Of a stretch of 64,000 bases of DNA, positions 8,772 to 18,625 are shown in pieces. The notes under the pieces were generated by a model. The model did no database searches, was not told the origin of the DNA, and saw nothing but the letters and a program-made list of their open reading frames with translations. This stretch comes from Pirellulales bacterium. Lineage in GTDB: Bacteria; Planctomycetota; Planctomycetia; Pirellulales; PALSA-1355. The DNA is taken from positions 192,001 to 256,000 of the forward strand of contig CAVTBU010000005.1 in assembly GCA_963733035.1 (NCBI GenBank). The letters are read 5' to 3'. A program made the translations under genes and the position numbers. Within the stretch, counting starts at the first letter, position 1, and each line of letters starts with the position of its first letter.

Positions 8772-9584
8772 ATGTCCGCCAAATCCAGCCTTCCAATGTA
8801 TCTCATCGACGCTTTCGCCGAACGCCCTTTTACCGGAAACTCGGCGGCGGTGTGCCTGTTGGATGCCTGGCCCAGCGATAGCTGGTTGCAGAGTGTCGCG
8901 GCGGAAATGAAACATTCGGAAACGGCATTTCTGGTCCGCGACGGGGATGGTTTTCACCTGCGGTGGTTCACGCCAGGCGTCGAAGTGGCGCTGTGTGGCC
9001 ATGCAACATTGGCCAGCGCCCATGTGCTGTTGAGCACCGGCGCGGTCGATTCGAACCGAAGTATTCCTTTTACGACGCTGAGCGGCGTGCTCGCGGCGAA
9101 GTCGTGTGGCGAAGAGATCGAGCTCGACTTTCCCGCCACGCCCGCCGAAGATGCCGCGCCGCCGCCAGGCCTGCTCGAGGCGCTCGGTGTCCAGGCCGCG
9201 TATGTCGGTAGAAATCGTTTCGATTACCTGGTTGAAGTTGCCAGCGAGAGCCAGGTGCGTGCGCTCCAGCCGGACTTTCGCAGCCTGGCCGCGGTCGAGT
9301 GTCGTGGCGTGATCGTGACGGCCCCGGCCGACAGCGATCGATTCGATTTCGTGTCGCGGTTCTTCGCGCCGGCCGCCGGCATCGACGAAGACCCGGTCAC
9401 CGGCAGCGCGCACTGCGCGTTGGGTCCGTTCTGGCAGCAGCGTCTGGGTAAGGCGGAACTGCGCGCATTCCAGGCTTCCGCACGCGGCGGGGCCGTGGGG
9501 GTTGTGGTCGACGGCAGTCGAGTTCGCTTGCGCGGCCGGGCAATAACAATTATGAAGGCAGAACTGCTGGTCGCGGCCGATTGA
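8772..9584 (+). CDS. PhzF family epimerase/isomerase
   Basis: IDAFAERPFTGNSAAV, SETAF, LRWFTPGVEVALCGHATLA, EDPVTGSAHC. Confidence 0.95.
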   Translation: MSAKSSLPMYLIDAFAERPFTGNSAAVCLLDAWPSDSWLQSVAAEMKHSETAFLVRDGDGFHLRWFTPGVEVALCGHATLASAHVLLSTGAVDSNRSIPFTTLSGVLAAKSCGEEIELDFPATPAEDAAPPPGLLEALGVQAAYVGRNRFDYLVEVASESQVRALQPDFRSLAAVECRGVIVTAPADSDRFDFVSRFFAPAAGIDEDPVTGSAHCALGPFWQQRLGKAELRAFQASARGGAVGVVVDGSRVRLRGRAITIMKAELLVAAD

Positions 9585-9647
9585 TGGTTTGCTTTCGGCT
9601 TGATACAACGTCCTCATCACACGACGAGCACAGGAGGCACTCAGCCC

Positions 9648-10010
9648 ATGGCCCAGTACGTCGAAAAGCCGACCAGGATTGAAGCCGCCGGTCATCCGCC
9701 CAAGACGATCGAGGAGTTCATCGGCCGTGTTAATTCGCAGACCGAAGCGGTCAGCATTGCCCGCATGAAGAGCCCCAGCGGCTGGACCGAGCCGCCGCAA
9801 ACGCCCGAGTTCGACGAATACACCGTCGTGCTGCGCGGCGCGTTGCACGTGAAACTCAAAGATCGCGAATTCGACGTCGCTGCCGGTCAGGGGGTCATCA
9901 TCCACGGCGGCGAGTCAGTGCAATACAGCACCCCGGGCCCCGAGGGCGCCGAATACATCGCCGTCTGCCTACCCGCCTTCTCGCCGGCCACGGTGCATCG
10001 GGAAGGTTAG
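9648..10010 (+). CDS. Cupin domain protein
   Basis: GWTEPPQTPEFDEYTVVLRG...GAEYIAVCLPAFSP. RBS AGGAGG upstream of ATG 9648. Confidence 0.88.
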   Translation: MAQYVEKPTRIEAAGHPPKTIEEFIGRVNSQTEAVSIARMKSPSGWTEPPQTPEFDEYTVVLRGALHVKLKDREFDVAAGQGVIIHGGESVQYSTPGPEGAEYIAVCLPAFSPATVHREG

Positions 10011-10016
10011 TCGCGA

Positions 10017-11270
10017 TTATTTCGACTTGCCGAATTGCCGGTCGGCGAAATCGAGATACTTCAGCCAGTCGAAGTCGGACAGCGCGTGTTTGCCGGTGCG
10101 GATGTGGTAGCCAATGGCGTCCCCCACGGACTTGTTGAGCGGGGGCTGCGAGTCGGTCCCCAGGCCCTTCAATCCGAACAGCGCATAGACCGGTTCGGCG
10201 CCGGCCGCGGCCAGGAACTCGCCCTTGGGGTCGGCCCAGCCGTCTTCGGCGGCACTAGCCACATACACGGGCCGAGGAGCACACAGCGCAACCAATTCAT
10301 GCTGATCGACGGGCAACTGGTCTTCGTGGTCGTTGTACTGGTCAAAGTTCCCGCAAAACCAGTGTGGAAAGACATGGTTGATGCGGGCCACGGTTTCACC
10401 AAAGCGGCGCCGCGAGAGGGCGGCGCCGCCACAGCCTGAATCGTTCGAGATGACAATCGCAAACCGCTCGTCCTCGGCGCCTGCCCACAGCGCCGTCTTA
10501 CCGCGCCGCGAATGACCGATCACCGCGACACGCTTGGCATCGATGTCGGGGTCGGTTTCCATGTAGTCCAAAGCGCGGCTAAGTCCCCAGGCCCAAACAG
10601 CGATCGCTCCCGGTTCCTCGGCGCCCGGAGGGCCGCTGCGGTCGGGGTACAGGTAGTTAAGTGCCCCCTCGCGATATTTGTCCTTGTCATCGGGGCAAAG
10701 ATCGTCGGGGTCGATTGTGGCAATCGCATAACCGCGGTCAAGAATCACATCGAGCAACCCGTCGCCGGGAAGCGGCTCGCCGACGTCGGCGTTGAGTGGA
10801 CTGCCCGGATTGGGCGCGTCGGACTTCGTATCGAACAGATGGATGCCCAGGAATGCCGGCACGGGCTTCTTCGCCGCCGTGGGCGTGAAAAGCGTGAACG
10901 CCAATAGCTGCACCGGGCCGTCCGATCCGGGCGCAAGCACTTTGACATCCTTGCGCGTGCCCTTGCCGTGCAAATAGGAGGGTGTCGATTCGACGACGTC
11001 GAACGTCATGCCATCCGGCCTTGGCGGTCGCTGGCCGTAAACCTGGCTACGGAACAGTGCAAGCAATTCGGGGCGGCGCTCGCTACGCCATAGCTTGGCG
11101 CTTGTCACCTGGCGGCCATCCTGCATCTTCAGCGGGTCGGGCAATGTGTAGCTGGGAACCTTGGTTTCGTCGTAGTTGAATTCCCCGTCGGCGGCGGCTG
11201 CCGAAGTGGCGCACATGCCAAGTAGGCCGCAGGCGGTCAGGGCGGTCATTAGCCAAAGTGTGTTCGTCAT
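10017..11270 (-). CDS. Secreted CE15-like (glucuronoyl/acetylxylan) esterase, alpha/beta hydrolase
   Basis: Signal peptide, NYDETKVPSYTLPDPL, WAWGLSRALDY, nucleophile GHSRRGK, SGCGGAA, LPVDQHEL, WADPKGEF. Confidence 0.9.
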   Translation of the reverse strand: MTNTLWLMTALTACGLLGMCATSAAAADGEFNYDETKVPSYTLPDPLKMQDGRQVTSAKLWRSERRPELLALFRSQVYGQRPPRPDGMTFDVVESTPSYLHGKGTRKDVKVLAPGSDGPVQLLAFTLFTPTAAKKPVPAFLGIHLFDTKSDAPNPGSPLNADVGEPLPGDGLLDVILDRGYAIATIDPDDLCPDDKDKYREGALNYLYPDRSGPPGAEEPGAIAVWAWGLSRALDYMETDPDIDAKRVAVIGHSRRGKTALWAGAEDERFAIVISNDSGCGGAALSRRRFGETVARINHVFPHWFCGNFDQYNDHEDQLPVDQHELVALCAPRPVYVASAAEDGWADPKGEFLAAAGAEPVYALFGLKGLGTDSQPPLNKSVGDAIGYHIRTGKHALSDFDWLKYLDFADRQFGKSK

Positions 11271-11368
11271 GCTTTCCCGTATCACTTGTGAGTTGGCCCA
11301 ATGCAGGGCGATGTCATACCGTTATAATGTGGCAACCAGGATCGTCCGATGCAAGCAAGGAACCAATC

Positions 11369-12124
11369 ATGATCGAAATCGAACAGCAAGGCGCCGTTGC
11401 CATCGTGCGCGTGCAGCGAGGCAAAGGCAACGCGCTCAACTTCGATTTGCTCCAGGCCTTCGACGACTGCTTGGCAAAGCTCGAAGCGAGTGAAACCCGC
11501 TCCGTCGTTGTCACCGGAGAGGGGAAAGTGTTCGGGGCCGGCGTGGATCTACCGGAGCTAGTGGCCGGTGGCGAGTCCTACGTGCGCAAGTTTGTCCCGC
11601 TAATGTCCAAGGTGTTTGAGCGGCTTGCCAGATTTCCCAAGCCGATGATTGCGGCCGTCAATGGGCACGCGATTGCTGGAGGCGGAATTCTCGTCCTGGC
11701 CTGCGATCAACGGATTATGGCGCGGGGCAGCGCTCGCATCGGCCTGACTGAAATACAAGTCGGCGTGCCGTTTCCTGCCTGGGCCTTGGAAATCGCACGG
11801 TTTGCAATTCCACCCGAGCATTTTCAGACGGTGATCCTGACGGGTCGCACTTGGACGGCAGACGATGCGCTGGCCCGCGGGCTGGTCGATGAAGTGATCG
11901 AGCCCGAACGGTTGATGGACCGAGCGATCGAAGTTGCACGCGAGATGAGCAACCTGCTGCCAGACACCTATGCCACGACGAAGCTCGCCGTCCGGCGGCC
12001 GCTGTTCGAAGCGGTGGACCGCAGTTTGGCGGGCGAGGCCGCCATCATGGAAACCTGGAGTTCCCCGGGCGTGCTCAATCAAATGAAAGCCTTTGTCGAG
12101 CGGACGATCAAACGCAAGTCATGA
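11369..12124 (+). CDS. Enoyl-CoA hydratase/isomerase family protein
   Basis: FGAGVDL, PKPMIAAVNGHAIAGGGILVLACD, IGLTEIQVG. Confidence 0.92.
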   Translation: MIEIEQQGAVAIVRVQRGKGNALNFDLLQAFDDCLAKLEASETRSVVVTGEGKVFGAGVDLPELVAGGESYVRKFVPLMSKVFERLARFPKPMIAAVNGHAIAGGGILVLACDQRIMARGSARIGLTEIQVGVPFPAWALEIARFAIPPEHFQTVILTGRTWTADDALARGLVDEVIEPERLMDRAIEVAREMSNLLPDTYATTKLAVRRPLFEAVDRSLAGEAAIMETWSSPGVLNQMKAFVERTIKRKS

Positions 12125-12139
12125 CCGAACGAGCATCGC

Positions 12140-13081
12140 ATGAATTCTAAACTAGTCGCCCGTAGCCTCACACTATTGATCGTGGTTTGGACGTTGACCG
12201 GTTCGGCGATTGCGTCGGAGCAACGAGTGACCTTCGCGCGCGAGGCTGGTCGCGTACGAATGGAAGTCGGCGGCAAGCCACTGGCCACGTACGTTTACCA
12301 AGATCCTAAGATTCTGCGGCCGTATTTGACCCACGTGTATGCGCCGAACGGCACGCAGGTCACGCGAAATCATCCGCCGGTCGAAGGCGTCGACACTGCC
12401 GATCATGCCACGATGCATCCCGGTATTTGGATGGCGTTTGGCGACATTTCCGGTGCCGATTTCTGGCGGAATAAAGGACGGGTAGAGCACGTCGGTTTTG
12501 TCGAGGAACCGACTGCAGTGGCATACGGCGGGCAATTCGTCGTCCGCAATCGCTACCTGGCGGGCAAGAAACAGGTTTGCGAAGAGCTCTGCAAGATCGC
12601 GGTCTGGGTTCGTCCCAAGACCTCGATCATCGTCTGGGATTCTCGGTTTTCCGCCTCGCACTTGTTTTACTTTGGCGACCAAGAAGAAATGGGACTTGGC
12701 GTGCGCGTCGCCACGCCGCTAGCAGTGAAAAACGGCGGAATGATTACCAATAGCGACGATCTTAAGAACGAGGAACAGGTCTGGGGGAAACCGGCCGACT
12801 GGTGCGACTACTCAGGGACGATCGATGGCCAGCAGGTCGGCGTCATGCTCGTGCCCGATCCGGTGAATTTCCGACGCAGCTGGTTTCATGCCCGGGACTA
12901 CGGCGTGCTGGTGGCAAATCCGTTTGGCCAAAAGGCCTTCACCGGCGGCCAGGCTAGCCGCGTGGCGGTGCCGGTAAACAAATCGCTCCGCTTGCGGTTT
13001 GCCGTCGTTGTCCATTCCGGCGAGCTGGACCTTTCGGCCGCGGCCAGCGACGCCCTGACGCAGCTAAACGCCACGCGCTAA
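12140..13081 (+). CDS. Secreted DUF6807 / 'PmoA family' protein (not a true pMMO subunit)
   Basis: Signal peptide, RPY...VTRNHPP...DHATMHPGIW, GDQEEMGLGVRVA, WCDYSG, WFHARDYGVLVANPFG. Confidence 0.8.
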   Translation: MNSKLVARSLTLLIVVWTLTGSAIASEQRVTFAREAGRVRMEVGGKPLATYVYQDPKILRPYLTHVYAPNGTQVTRNHPPVEGVDTADHATMHPGIWMAFGDISGADFWRNKGRVEHVGFVEEPTAVAYGGQFVVRNRYLAGKKQVCEELCKIAVWVRPKTSIIVWDSRFSASHLFYFGDQEEMGLGVRVATPLAVKNGGMITNSDDLKNEEQVWGKPADWCDYSGTIDGQQVGVMLVPDPVNFRRSWFHARDYGVLVANPFGQKAFTGGQASRVAVPVNKSLRLRFAVVVHSGELDLSAAASDALTQLNATR

Positions 13082-13148
13082 TCGAACCTGCTTCTTGCAG
13101 CGAGTGTCCCAGAAGCGGTGAAGACTCTCCTAGCAAAAGGTGCGCTTA

Positions 13149-13775
13149 ATGTACATCCCCGCCAGCTTTCGGCAGTCCGACCGGCAGACGCTGCTCGAAT
13201 TTGTGCGGCGCCATAGTTTTGGCGTGCTCGTCTCGCAGCACGACGGCGAACCGTGTGCCACCCACCTGCCGCTGTTGTTGGATGCCGACGTCGGCCAGCA
13301 TGGTCACCTGTTGGGACACGTCGCACGGCCCAACCCGCAGTGGCAACAGTTGGCGGGGCAAGAGGTGCTGGCAATCTTTTCGGGACCTCACGCGTACATA
13401 TCCCCGTCGTGGTACGGCGTCGCGCCGGCAGTGCCGACGTGGAACTACCTGGCCGTGCATGTTTATGGACGTTGCCAGCTTATTGACAACGAAGCCGACT
13501 TGCTCGAACTGCTGAGCAGGTCGGTTGAGACGTACGAGCAGCCCATGCCGACGCCCTGGCGATTTGTTCCCGACGATCCGTTCGTCCAGAAGCTACTTAA
13601 CGGCATCGTCGGTTTTCGCGTGGTGGTTAGTCGCATTGAGGGCAAGTGGAAACTGGGGCAAAACCATGCAGTCGGAATGCGCGAGAATGTCGCCTCCCAG
13701 TTAGCCACCAGTGCCGACGCCGATGCGCGCGAGATCGCCGCGCTCATGGTCGAGACGCTTGGCACCGATGACTAG
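13149..13775 (+). CDS. FMN-binding negative transcriptional regulator (PaiB family)
   Basis: MYIPASF, ATHLPLL, GHVARPNPQW, GPHAYISPSWY, VPTWNY, GKWKLGQN. Confidence 0.93.
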   Translation: MYIPASFRQSDRQTLLEFVRRHSFGVLVSQHDGEPCATHLPLLLDADVGQHGHLLGHVARPNPQWQQLAGQEVLAIFSGPHAYISPSWYGVAPAVPTWNYLAVHVYGRCQLIDNEADLLELLSRSVETYEQPMPTPWRFVPDDPFVQKLLNGIVGFRVVVSRIEGKWKLGQNHAVGMRENVASQLATSADADAREIAALMVETLGTDD

Positions 13776-14854
13776 CGGCCGGCGCGGTGCTGAAAGAACT
13801 CCAACCAATCGGCGGTGATACCGCCGGCAATAGTCTCTGTGGCGCGGCACTCGGCCGCCGTTTGTCCCCAGTAGAAACCGATCCAACCAGACACCTCCGG
13901 CAGAGAGTCGATAACATCGCCGAGCTGCGCAGTCGAACATTGAAGCGGAAAAGTTTCCTCGACGATCAGTGGCTTGCCGACTTCGAAACCGCGAATCGTT
14001 TCCACGGCCGTATCGAGCTTATCGGCCTTCGGATACACGTGCACGGCTAGAAAGTCGAGCTGATCGGCGATTTTGTCCGGCACAAACCCGGAGGTGAGCC
14101 CCGCACGATCGAGACTCCAATCGACGAGGCCGACCGTGATCATATGCCGACGGTCGCGCTTGCGAATTGCGGAAACCAGGGTTGCCATCCATTGTCGGGC
14201 GACATCGGATCGCTGACGGCCGGACAGGTCGAGCGTGATGAACTGGACAAAATGTTTGCCCGCGAAGGGCGGTCCCAACCAGTCGTTGCGCCTGCCTTGG
14301 CCGGAAACGACCGGTTCGTTCATCAGGTCGTAGCAGAATACGGCGGGGCTGTCGGCACACTTGGCTGCCACGGCTTCCCAGAACCTTGCCTGGGCAGACC
14401 AGCGTGCAGATTCCGACAACGCGTCGTACCACTCCGGTACGTTGTTTTTGTGGTAGCAGCCGAGGCCAGTCAGATCGAGATACAGCCCATTTTGCTTGGC
14501 CAGCTCCAAAAGCCGCCCGAGCTGTTGAAGGGCGCCGGGGTTGGGTTCGGTGGAACTTTTCATAAACCGTGCGAACTGCAAGTGGATCCGTACGACGTTG
14601 GCACCCAGCCGCCTCATTTCTGCGAAGTCCGCCTCGACGGTTTGCCATTCGTCCTGCCAATAGTCTTCGATCAACCGACCATCGCGGTCGTGATCGTAGT
14701 TGACGCCCCAGACGCGAAAGGGCCGACCCGATTCGCTCAGTTCGAAGCCGTGCTTGTCCTCGGCAACGCCGATAAAGTCCATCTCCGCGGAACGTGCGGT
14801 CCCTTGGTACGCCAGCGTGACGAGAGCAAAGAAGGCGACTTGCAAGGGTTTCAT
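13772..14854 (-). CDS. Secreted glycoside hydrolase, clan GH-A (GH5-like)
   Basis: Signal peptide, GVNYD, GANVVRIHLQ, acid/base DLMNEP, HVYP, nucleophile IVEETFP. Confidence 0.85.
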   Translation of the reverse strand: MKPLQVAFFALVTLAYQGTARSAEMDFIGVAEDKHGFELSESGRPFRVWGVNYDHDRDGRLIEDYWQDEWQTVEADFAEMRRLGANVVRIHLQFARFMKSSTEPNPGALQQLGRLLELAKQNGLYLDLTGLGCYHKNNVPEWYDALSESARWSAQARFWEAVAAKCADSPAVFCYDLMNEPVVSGQGRRNDWLGPPFAGKHFVQFITLDLSGRQRSDVARQWMATLVSAIRKRDRRHMITVGLVDWSLDRAGLTSGFVPDKIADQLDFLAVHVYPKADKLDTAVETIRGFEVGKPLIVEETFPLQCSTAQLGDVIDSLPEVSGWIGFYWGQTAAECRATETIAGGITADWLEFFQHRAGR

Positions 14855-15024
14855 GGCGTTTGGACGTGATTCGGAACCGTGTCGGCACAAACACGATTGT
14901 AATCGGGCTGCAGCGCAAGGTGGTTTTCTAGCCGTCAGGAAAGGTGAAAACATTTGCCGGTATCAACCGGGCCAGTCGGAAACTAAAATGACCCCGTACT
15001 CACCAACCCTCGAAGGTTCGCACC

Positions 15025-17187
15025 ATGCTTTTCCTGCGACCGCACGGCCTCATTCGATTCCTTCTCACTTTTGCGGTGCTCGCTCCAGCGGTCTTCCTGG
15101 CTACCACCTTCCACTGCCGGGCGTCCGAAAAGCCAAACATCGTGTTCATTCTAGCCGACGACTTGGGATGGACAGATCTCGGCTGCCAGGGATCGGAATA
15201 CTACGAAACGCCCCACATCGACAACCTGGCGGCCTCCGGCATGCGGTTCAGCGATGGCTATACCTGCGGACCGAACTGCCAGCCGACGCGGGCGGCCCTG
15301 ATGTCCGGGCAGTACGGTCCACGGACGGGCGTGTATACCGTCGGCAGCATTGACCGCTTCGACTGGCAATCGCGGTCGTTGCGGCCGGTCGACAACGTGC
15401 AGAATCTGCCGCTCGATCGGCAGACCGTGGCGGCCTCGCTCAAAAAGGCCGGTTACGCGACAGGCATGTTTGGCAAATGGCATCTGGGCAACGACGAGAA
15501 GCACCATCCCTCGAGGCGCGGTTTCGATGAAGCAATTGAAAGTTCGGGTCGGCACTTCAAATTCAAAACCAATCCGCCGGTAGAGCATGACCAGAACGAC
15601 TACCTGGCAGACTTCCTGACGGATCGAGCCGTCGACTTCCTAAGACGGCATAAGGACGAACCGTTCTTTCTCTACTTGCCGCACTTTGGGGTGCATTCCC
15701 CCTTTCAGGCCAAGCAGGACCTGATCGCGACGTTTCGCAAGAAGCGCAAAGCGGTTGGACATTATGATCCGACGTACGCCGCCATGATTGCCAGCGTCGA
15801 TGACAGCGTCGGCAGAATTGTCGCCACGCTCGATGAGTTGGGGCTGTCGGACAACACGTTGGTTATCTTCTCCAGCGACAACGGCGGAGTCGGCGGCTAC
15901 GAACGCGAGGGGATCAAATCTCGGTCGATCACCGACAACGCGCCGCTGCGCGGCGGCAAGGGAATGCTCTACGAAGGCGGCATTCGCGTACCGTACATCT
16001 TCCGCTGGCCGGGCGTGATTCCGTCCGGCGTCGTCTGCGACGAGCCGATCAATAGCGTGGATCTTTATCCCACCCTCCTCGAAGTTGCCGGGGCAGATCG
16101 CCCATCGCAACCGCTCGACGGCACGAGTTACTGGCCGGTCCTAAAGTCCGGCGGCAAGCAGGGGCTGGATCGCGAGGCGATCTTCTGGCACTTTCCCGGC
16201 TATCTCGGCTCTTCGCAAAACACGTGGCGTACGACGCCCGCCGGGGCTGTACGCTCAGGCGATTGGAAGCTGTTGGAGTTTTTCGAGGACGGGCGGCTGG
16301 AACTCTACAATCTGAAAGAAGACCACGGCGAAAAGAAAAACCTGGCCGACCAGATGCCGGAGAAGGTCAAGCAATTGCAATCGCGTCTGGCTGCCTGGAG
16401 GGAGGACGTCGGGGCCCCGATGCCCACCCCCAACGAAAAGAAAACCGCAGCGCGTGAAGAGGTGTTCCACGCAGTGCGGTGCGAGGGATTGTATCCCGGT
16501 CACTTGCAAGGCATTTGCACCAATAACCGCGATGCCATTTACTGGCCCTTCACGACCGTGCTGGTGAAGACCGATCTGGCCGGCCGGATGCTTAAGAAGA
16601 TCGACGTCGCCAGCCATCACGGTGACTTGTGCTTTTACGACGGCAAAGTCTACGTGGCCGTGAATCTGGGCCAGTTCAACCTGCCAGCTGGCAAAGCCGA
16701 CTCCTGGGTTTACGTTTACGATGCCGACACGCTTGAAGAACTGGCTCGTCACAAGACGCCCCAGGTCGTCCATGGCGCCGGTGGTATTGCCTTTCACGAC
16801 GGGAGATTCCTGGTAGTCGGCGGTTTACCGGTGGGAGTCGATGAAAATTACCTCTATGAATACGGGCCAGATTTTTCATTCCGAACGCGTCACGTCTTAA
16901 ATAGCGGTTACACGTTTCTGGGTATCCAGACAGCCGCCTTTGCCGACGGCCATTGGTGGTTTGGGTGCTACGGCAGTCCGAAGTGGCTCCTGAAAGCCGA
17001 TCCTCAGTACAAACTCGACGGGCGGTGGAAACTCGATGCCTCACTCGGCATCGTCGGCCTACCCGATGGCCGCTTGCTGGTAGCCAGGGGCACGCGCGAG
17101 GGAAAGCAACACGGAGCGGCGGTGGATGTGGCCGTGCCCGATGAACAGGCGGGATTGAAGATCACCGAACCCGCGCCGATCCCGTGA
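15025..17187 (+). CDS. Secreted formylglycine-dependent sulfatase with extra C-terminal domain
   Basis: PNIVFILADDLG, CQPTR(AALMSG), GKWHLG, SSDNGG, GKGMLYEGGIRVP, ELYNLKED. About 240 extra aa follow the sulfatase fold. Confidence 0.93.
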   Translation: MLFLRPHGLIRFLLTFAVLAPAVFLATTFHCRASEKPNIVFILADDLGWTDLGCQGSEYYETPHIDNLAASGMRFSDGYTCGPNCQPTRAALMSGQYGPRTGVYTVGSIDRFDWQSRSLRPVDNVQNLPLDRQTVAASLKKAGYATGMFGKWHLGNDEKHHPSRRGFDEAIESSGRHFKFKTNPPVEHDQNDYLADFLTDRAVDFLRRHKDEPFFLYLPHFGVHSPFQAKQDLIATFRKKRKAVGHYDPTYAAMIASVDDSVGRIVATLDELGLSDNTLVIFSSDNGGVGGYEREGIKSRSITDNAPLRGGKGMLYEGGIRVPYIFRWPGVIPSGVVCDEPINSVDLYPTLLEVAGADRPSQPLDGTSYWPVLKSGGKQGLDREAIFWHFPGYLGSSQNTWRTTPAGAVRSGDWKLLEFFEDGRLELYNLKEDHGEKKNLADQMPEKVKQLQSRLAAWREDVGAPMPTPNEKKTAAREEVFHAVRCEGLYPGHLQGICTNNRDAIYWPFTTVLVKTDLAGRMLKKIDVASHHGDLCFYDGKVYVAVNLGQFNLPAGKADSWVYVYDADTLEELARHKTPQVVHGAGGIAFHDGRFLVVGGLPVGVDENYLYEYGPDFSFRTRHVLNSGYTFLGIQTAAFADGHWWFGCYGSPKWLLKADPQYKLDGRWKLDASLGIVGLPDGRLLVARGTREGKQHGAAVDVAVPDEQAGLKITEPAPIP

Positions 17188-17197
17188 AGCGAGTCGT

Positions 17198-18496
17198 CTA
17201 TTTCCTGACCAGCTTGCGGTTGCGTGCCGCTTCGGTAAGCTCGTCGCGAAAGTCAGGATGGGCGATCGCGATCAGCGCCTCGGTGCGCTCGCGTACTCCG
17301 CGGGCATGGAGATTAGCGATGCCGTACTCGGTGACCACGTAGTGCACGTCTCCGCGACTCGTTACCACGCCGGCACCCGCGCTGAGTTCCGATACGATGC
17401 GGCTCACACGGCCGCGGTTCGCCGTGCTGGGCAGCGCGATAACTGGCCTACCGCCGCGGCTGCGCGAGGCCCCGCGAATGAAATCGACTTGGCCGCCGAT
17501 GCCGGAGTAGAAGTGCTCGCCGATCGAGTCGGCGTCGACCTGCCCGGTCAGGTCGACTTGCAGCGCACTGTTGACGGCGACCACGTTGTCGTTTTTGGCG
17601 ATGACGAACGGGTCGTTGGTCAATTCGTTACCGTGAAAAGCCAACAACGGATTGTCGTCGACGAAGTCATACAGTTGCTTGGTGCCCATCGCAAAGCTGC
17701 AGACAATCTTGCCGGGCATGATCGTCTTGCGACTGCCGTCGACGGCTCCTGCCCTGAACAGCTCGACGATCCCATCCGTAAGCATCTCGGTATGGATGCC
17801 CAGGTGGCGGCGATCGTGCAGTCGAGCCAGTGCGGCGTTCGGTATTGCGCCGATACCGGTTTGTAGACAGTCACCGTCGCGGATCAAACTCGCGACGTGC
17901 TCGCCAATGCGGTCCGTCACGTCGCTGGCTGCCGGCGGTGTCAATTCATCCAGCGGACGATCGACTTCGGTAATCGCCGACAACTTTGAGACATGAACCA
18001 TGGTGTCGCCCCAGGTGCGAGGCATCTGCGGATTGATTTCCGCGGCCACGTGTTTCGCCTGCCGAATCGCCGATAACACGACATCGGTGGCGACACCCAC
18101 GGTGCAATAGCCGTGTTTGTCTGGCGGGCTGAGCTGCACGAAGGCCCAGTCCAGCGGATAGGCGCCCGTCCAAAGCCGCGGAATCTCATGCAGGAACATC
18201 GGTACCAAATCCGCACGGCCATCCTGCACAGCGGCCCGTACGTTGGCGCCGGTAAAGAAGGTCAGACAGTGAAAACTCTCAGCGAACCTAGGCTCGACAT
18301 AGCGTGCCTCGCCAGTAGTGAGGATGTGAAGCAATTCGACGCCCCGGAGGCGATCGGCCTGATCCACCAGCGCCTCGACTAGCGAATGTGGCGTACCGGC
18401 ATTGCCGCCAATGAAGACGCGTTGACCGGACTGCACGCCTGCGACCGCCTCCGCGGGCGAAACGGCTTCAATTTCCCTATTCCTAGGCTTTGTCAT
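17198..18496 (-). CDS. Acetyl-CoA hydrolase/transferase (4-hydroxybutyrate CoA-transferase-like)
   Basis: LQTGIGAIPNA, LGIHTEM (catalytic Glu), NSALQVDLTGQV, SGIGGQVDFIRGA, VVTEYG. Confidence 0.95.
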   Translation of the reverse strand: MTKPRNREIEAVSPAEAVAGVQSGQRVFIGGNAGTPHSLVEALVDQADRLRGVELLHILTTGEARYVEPRFAESFHCLTFFTGANVRAAVQDGRADLVPMFLHEIPRLWTGAYPLDWAFVQLSPPDKHGYCTVGVATDVVLSAIRQAKHVAAEINPQMPRTWGDTMVHVSKLSAITEVDRPLDELTPPAASDVTDRIGEHVASLIRDGDCLQTGIGAIPNAALARLHDRRHLGIHTEMLTDGIVELFRAGAVDGSRKTIMPGKIVCSFAMGTKQLYDFVDDNPLLAFHGNELTNDPFVIAKNDNVVAVNSALQVDLTGQVDADSIGEHFYSGIGGQVDFIRGASRSRGGRPVIALPSTANRGRVSRIVSELSAGAGVVTSRGDVHYVVTEYGIANLHARGVRERTEALIAIAHPDFRDELTEAARNRKLVRK

Positions 18497-18625
18497 GTCC
18501 GAGAGTATACCGTTGTGGCGGCAGCGAGCCAGCGGCCGGCCGTGTGCTATCGTTTTGCAGACGGTGCGGGATTGTAGCGGACATGCGGGCTACTTGCGTC
18601 AATCGACAGAGCCAATGGGTACGTC

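Noticed and set aside
8772..9584. Phenazine biosynthesis cluster
   Set aside because: Lone PhzF-family gene with no phzA/B/D/E/G nearby.
8424..9905. Long antisense ORF (493 aa) and similar shadow ORFs (e.g. 4340-5242, 23932-24909, 36017-36886)
   Set aside because: They lie opposite well-supported genes, as expected from GC-rich codon bias, and show no motifs.
12140..13081. Methane monooxygenase implied by the 'PmoA family' label
   Set aside because: This is a soluble secreted protein with no multi-TM pmoA features and no pmoC/pmoB neighbours.
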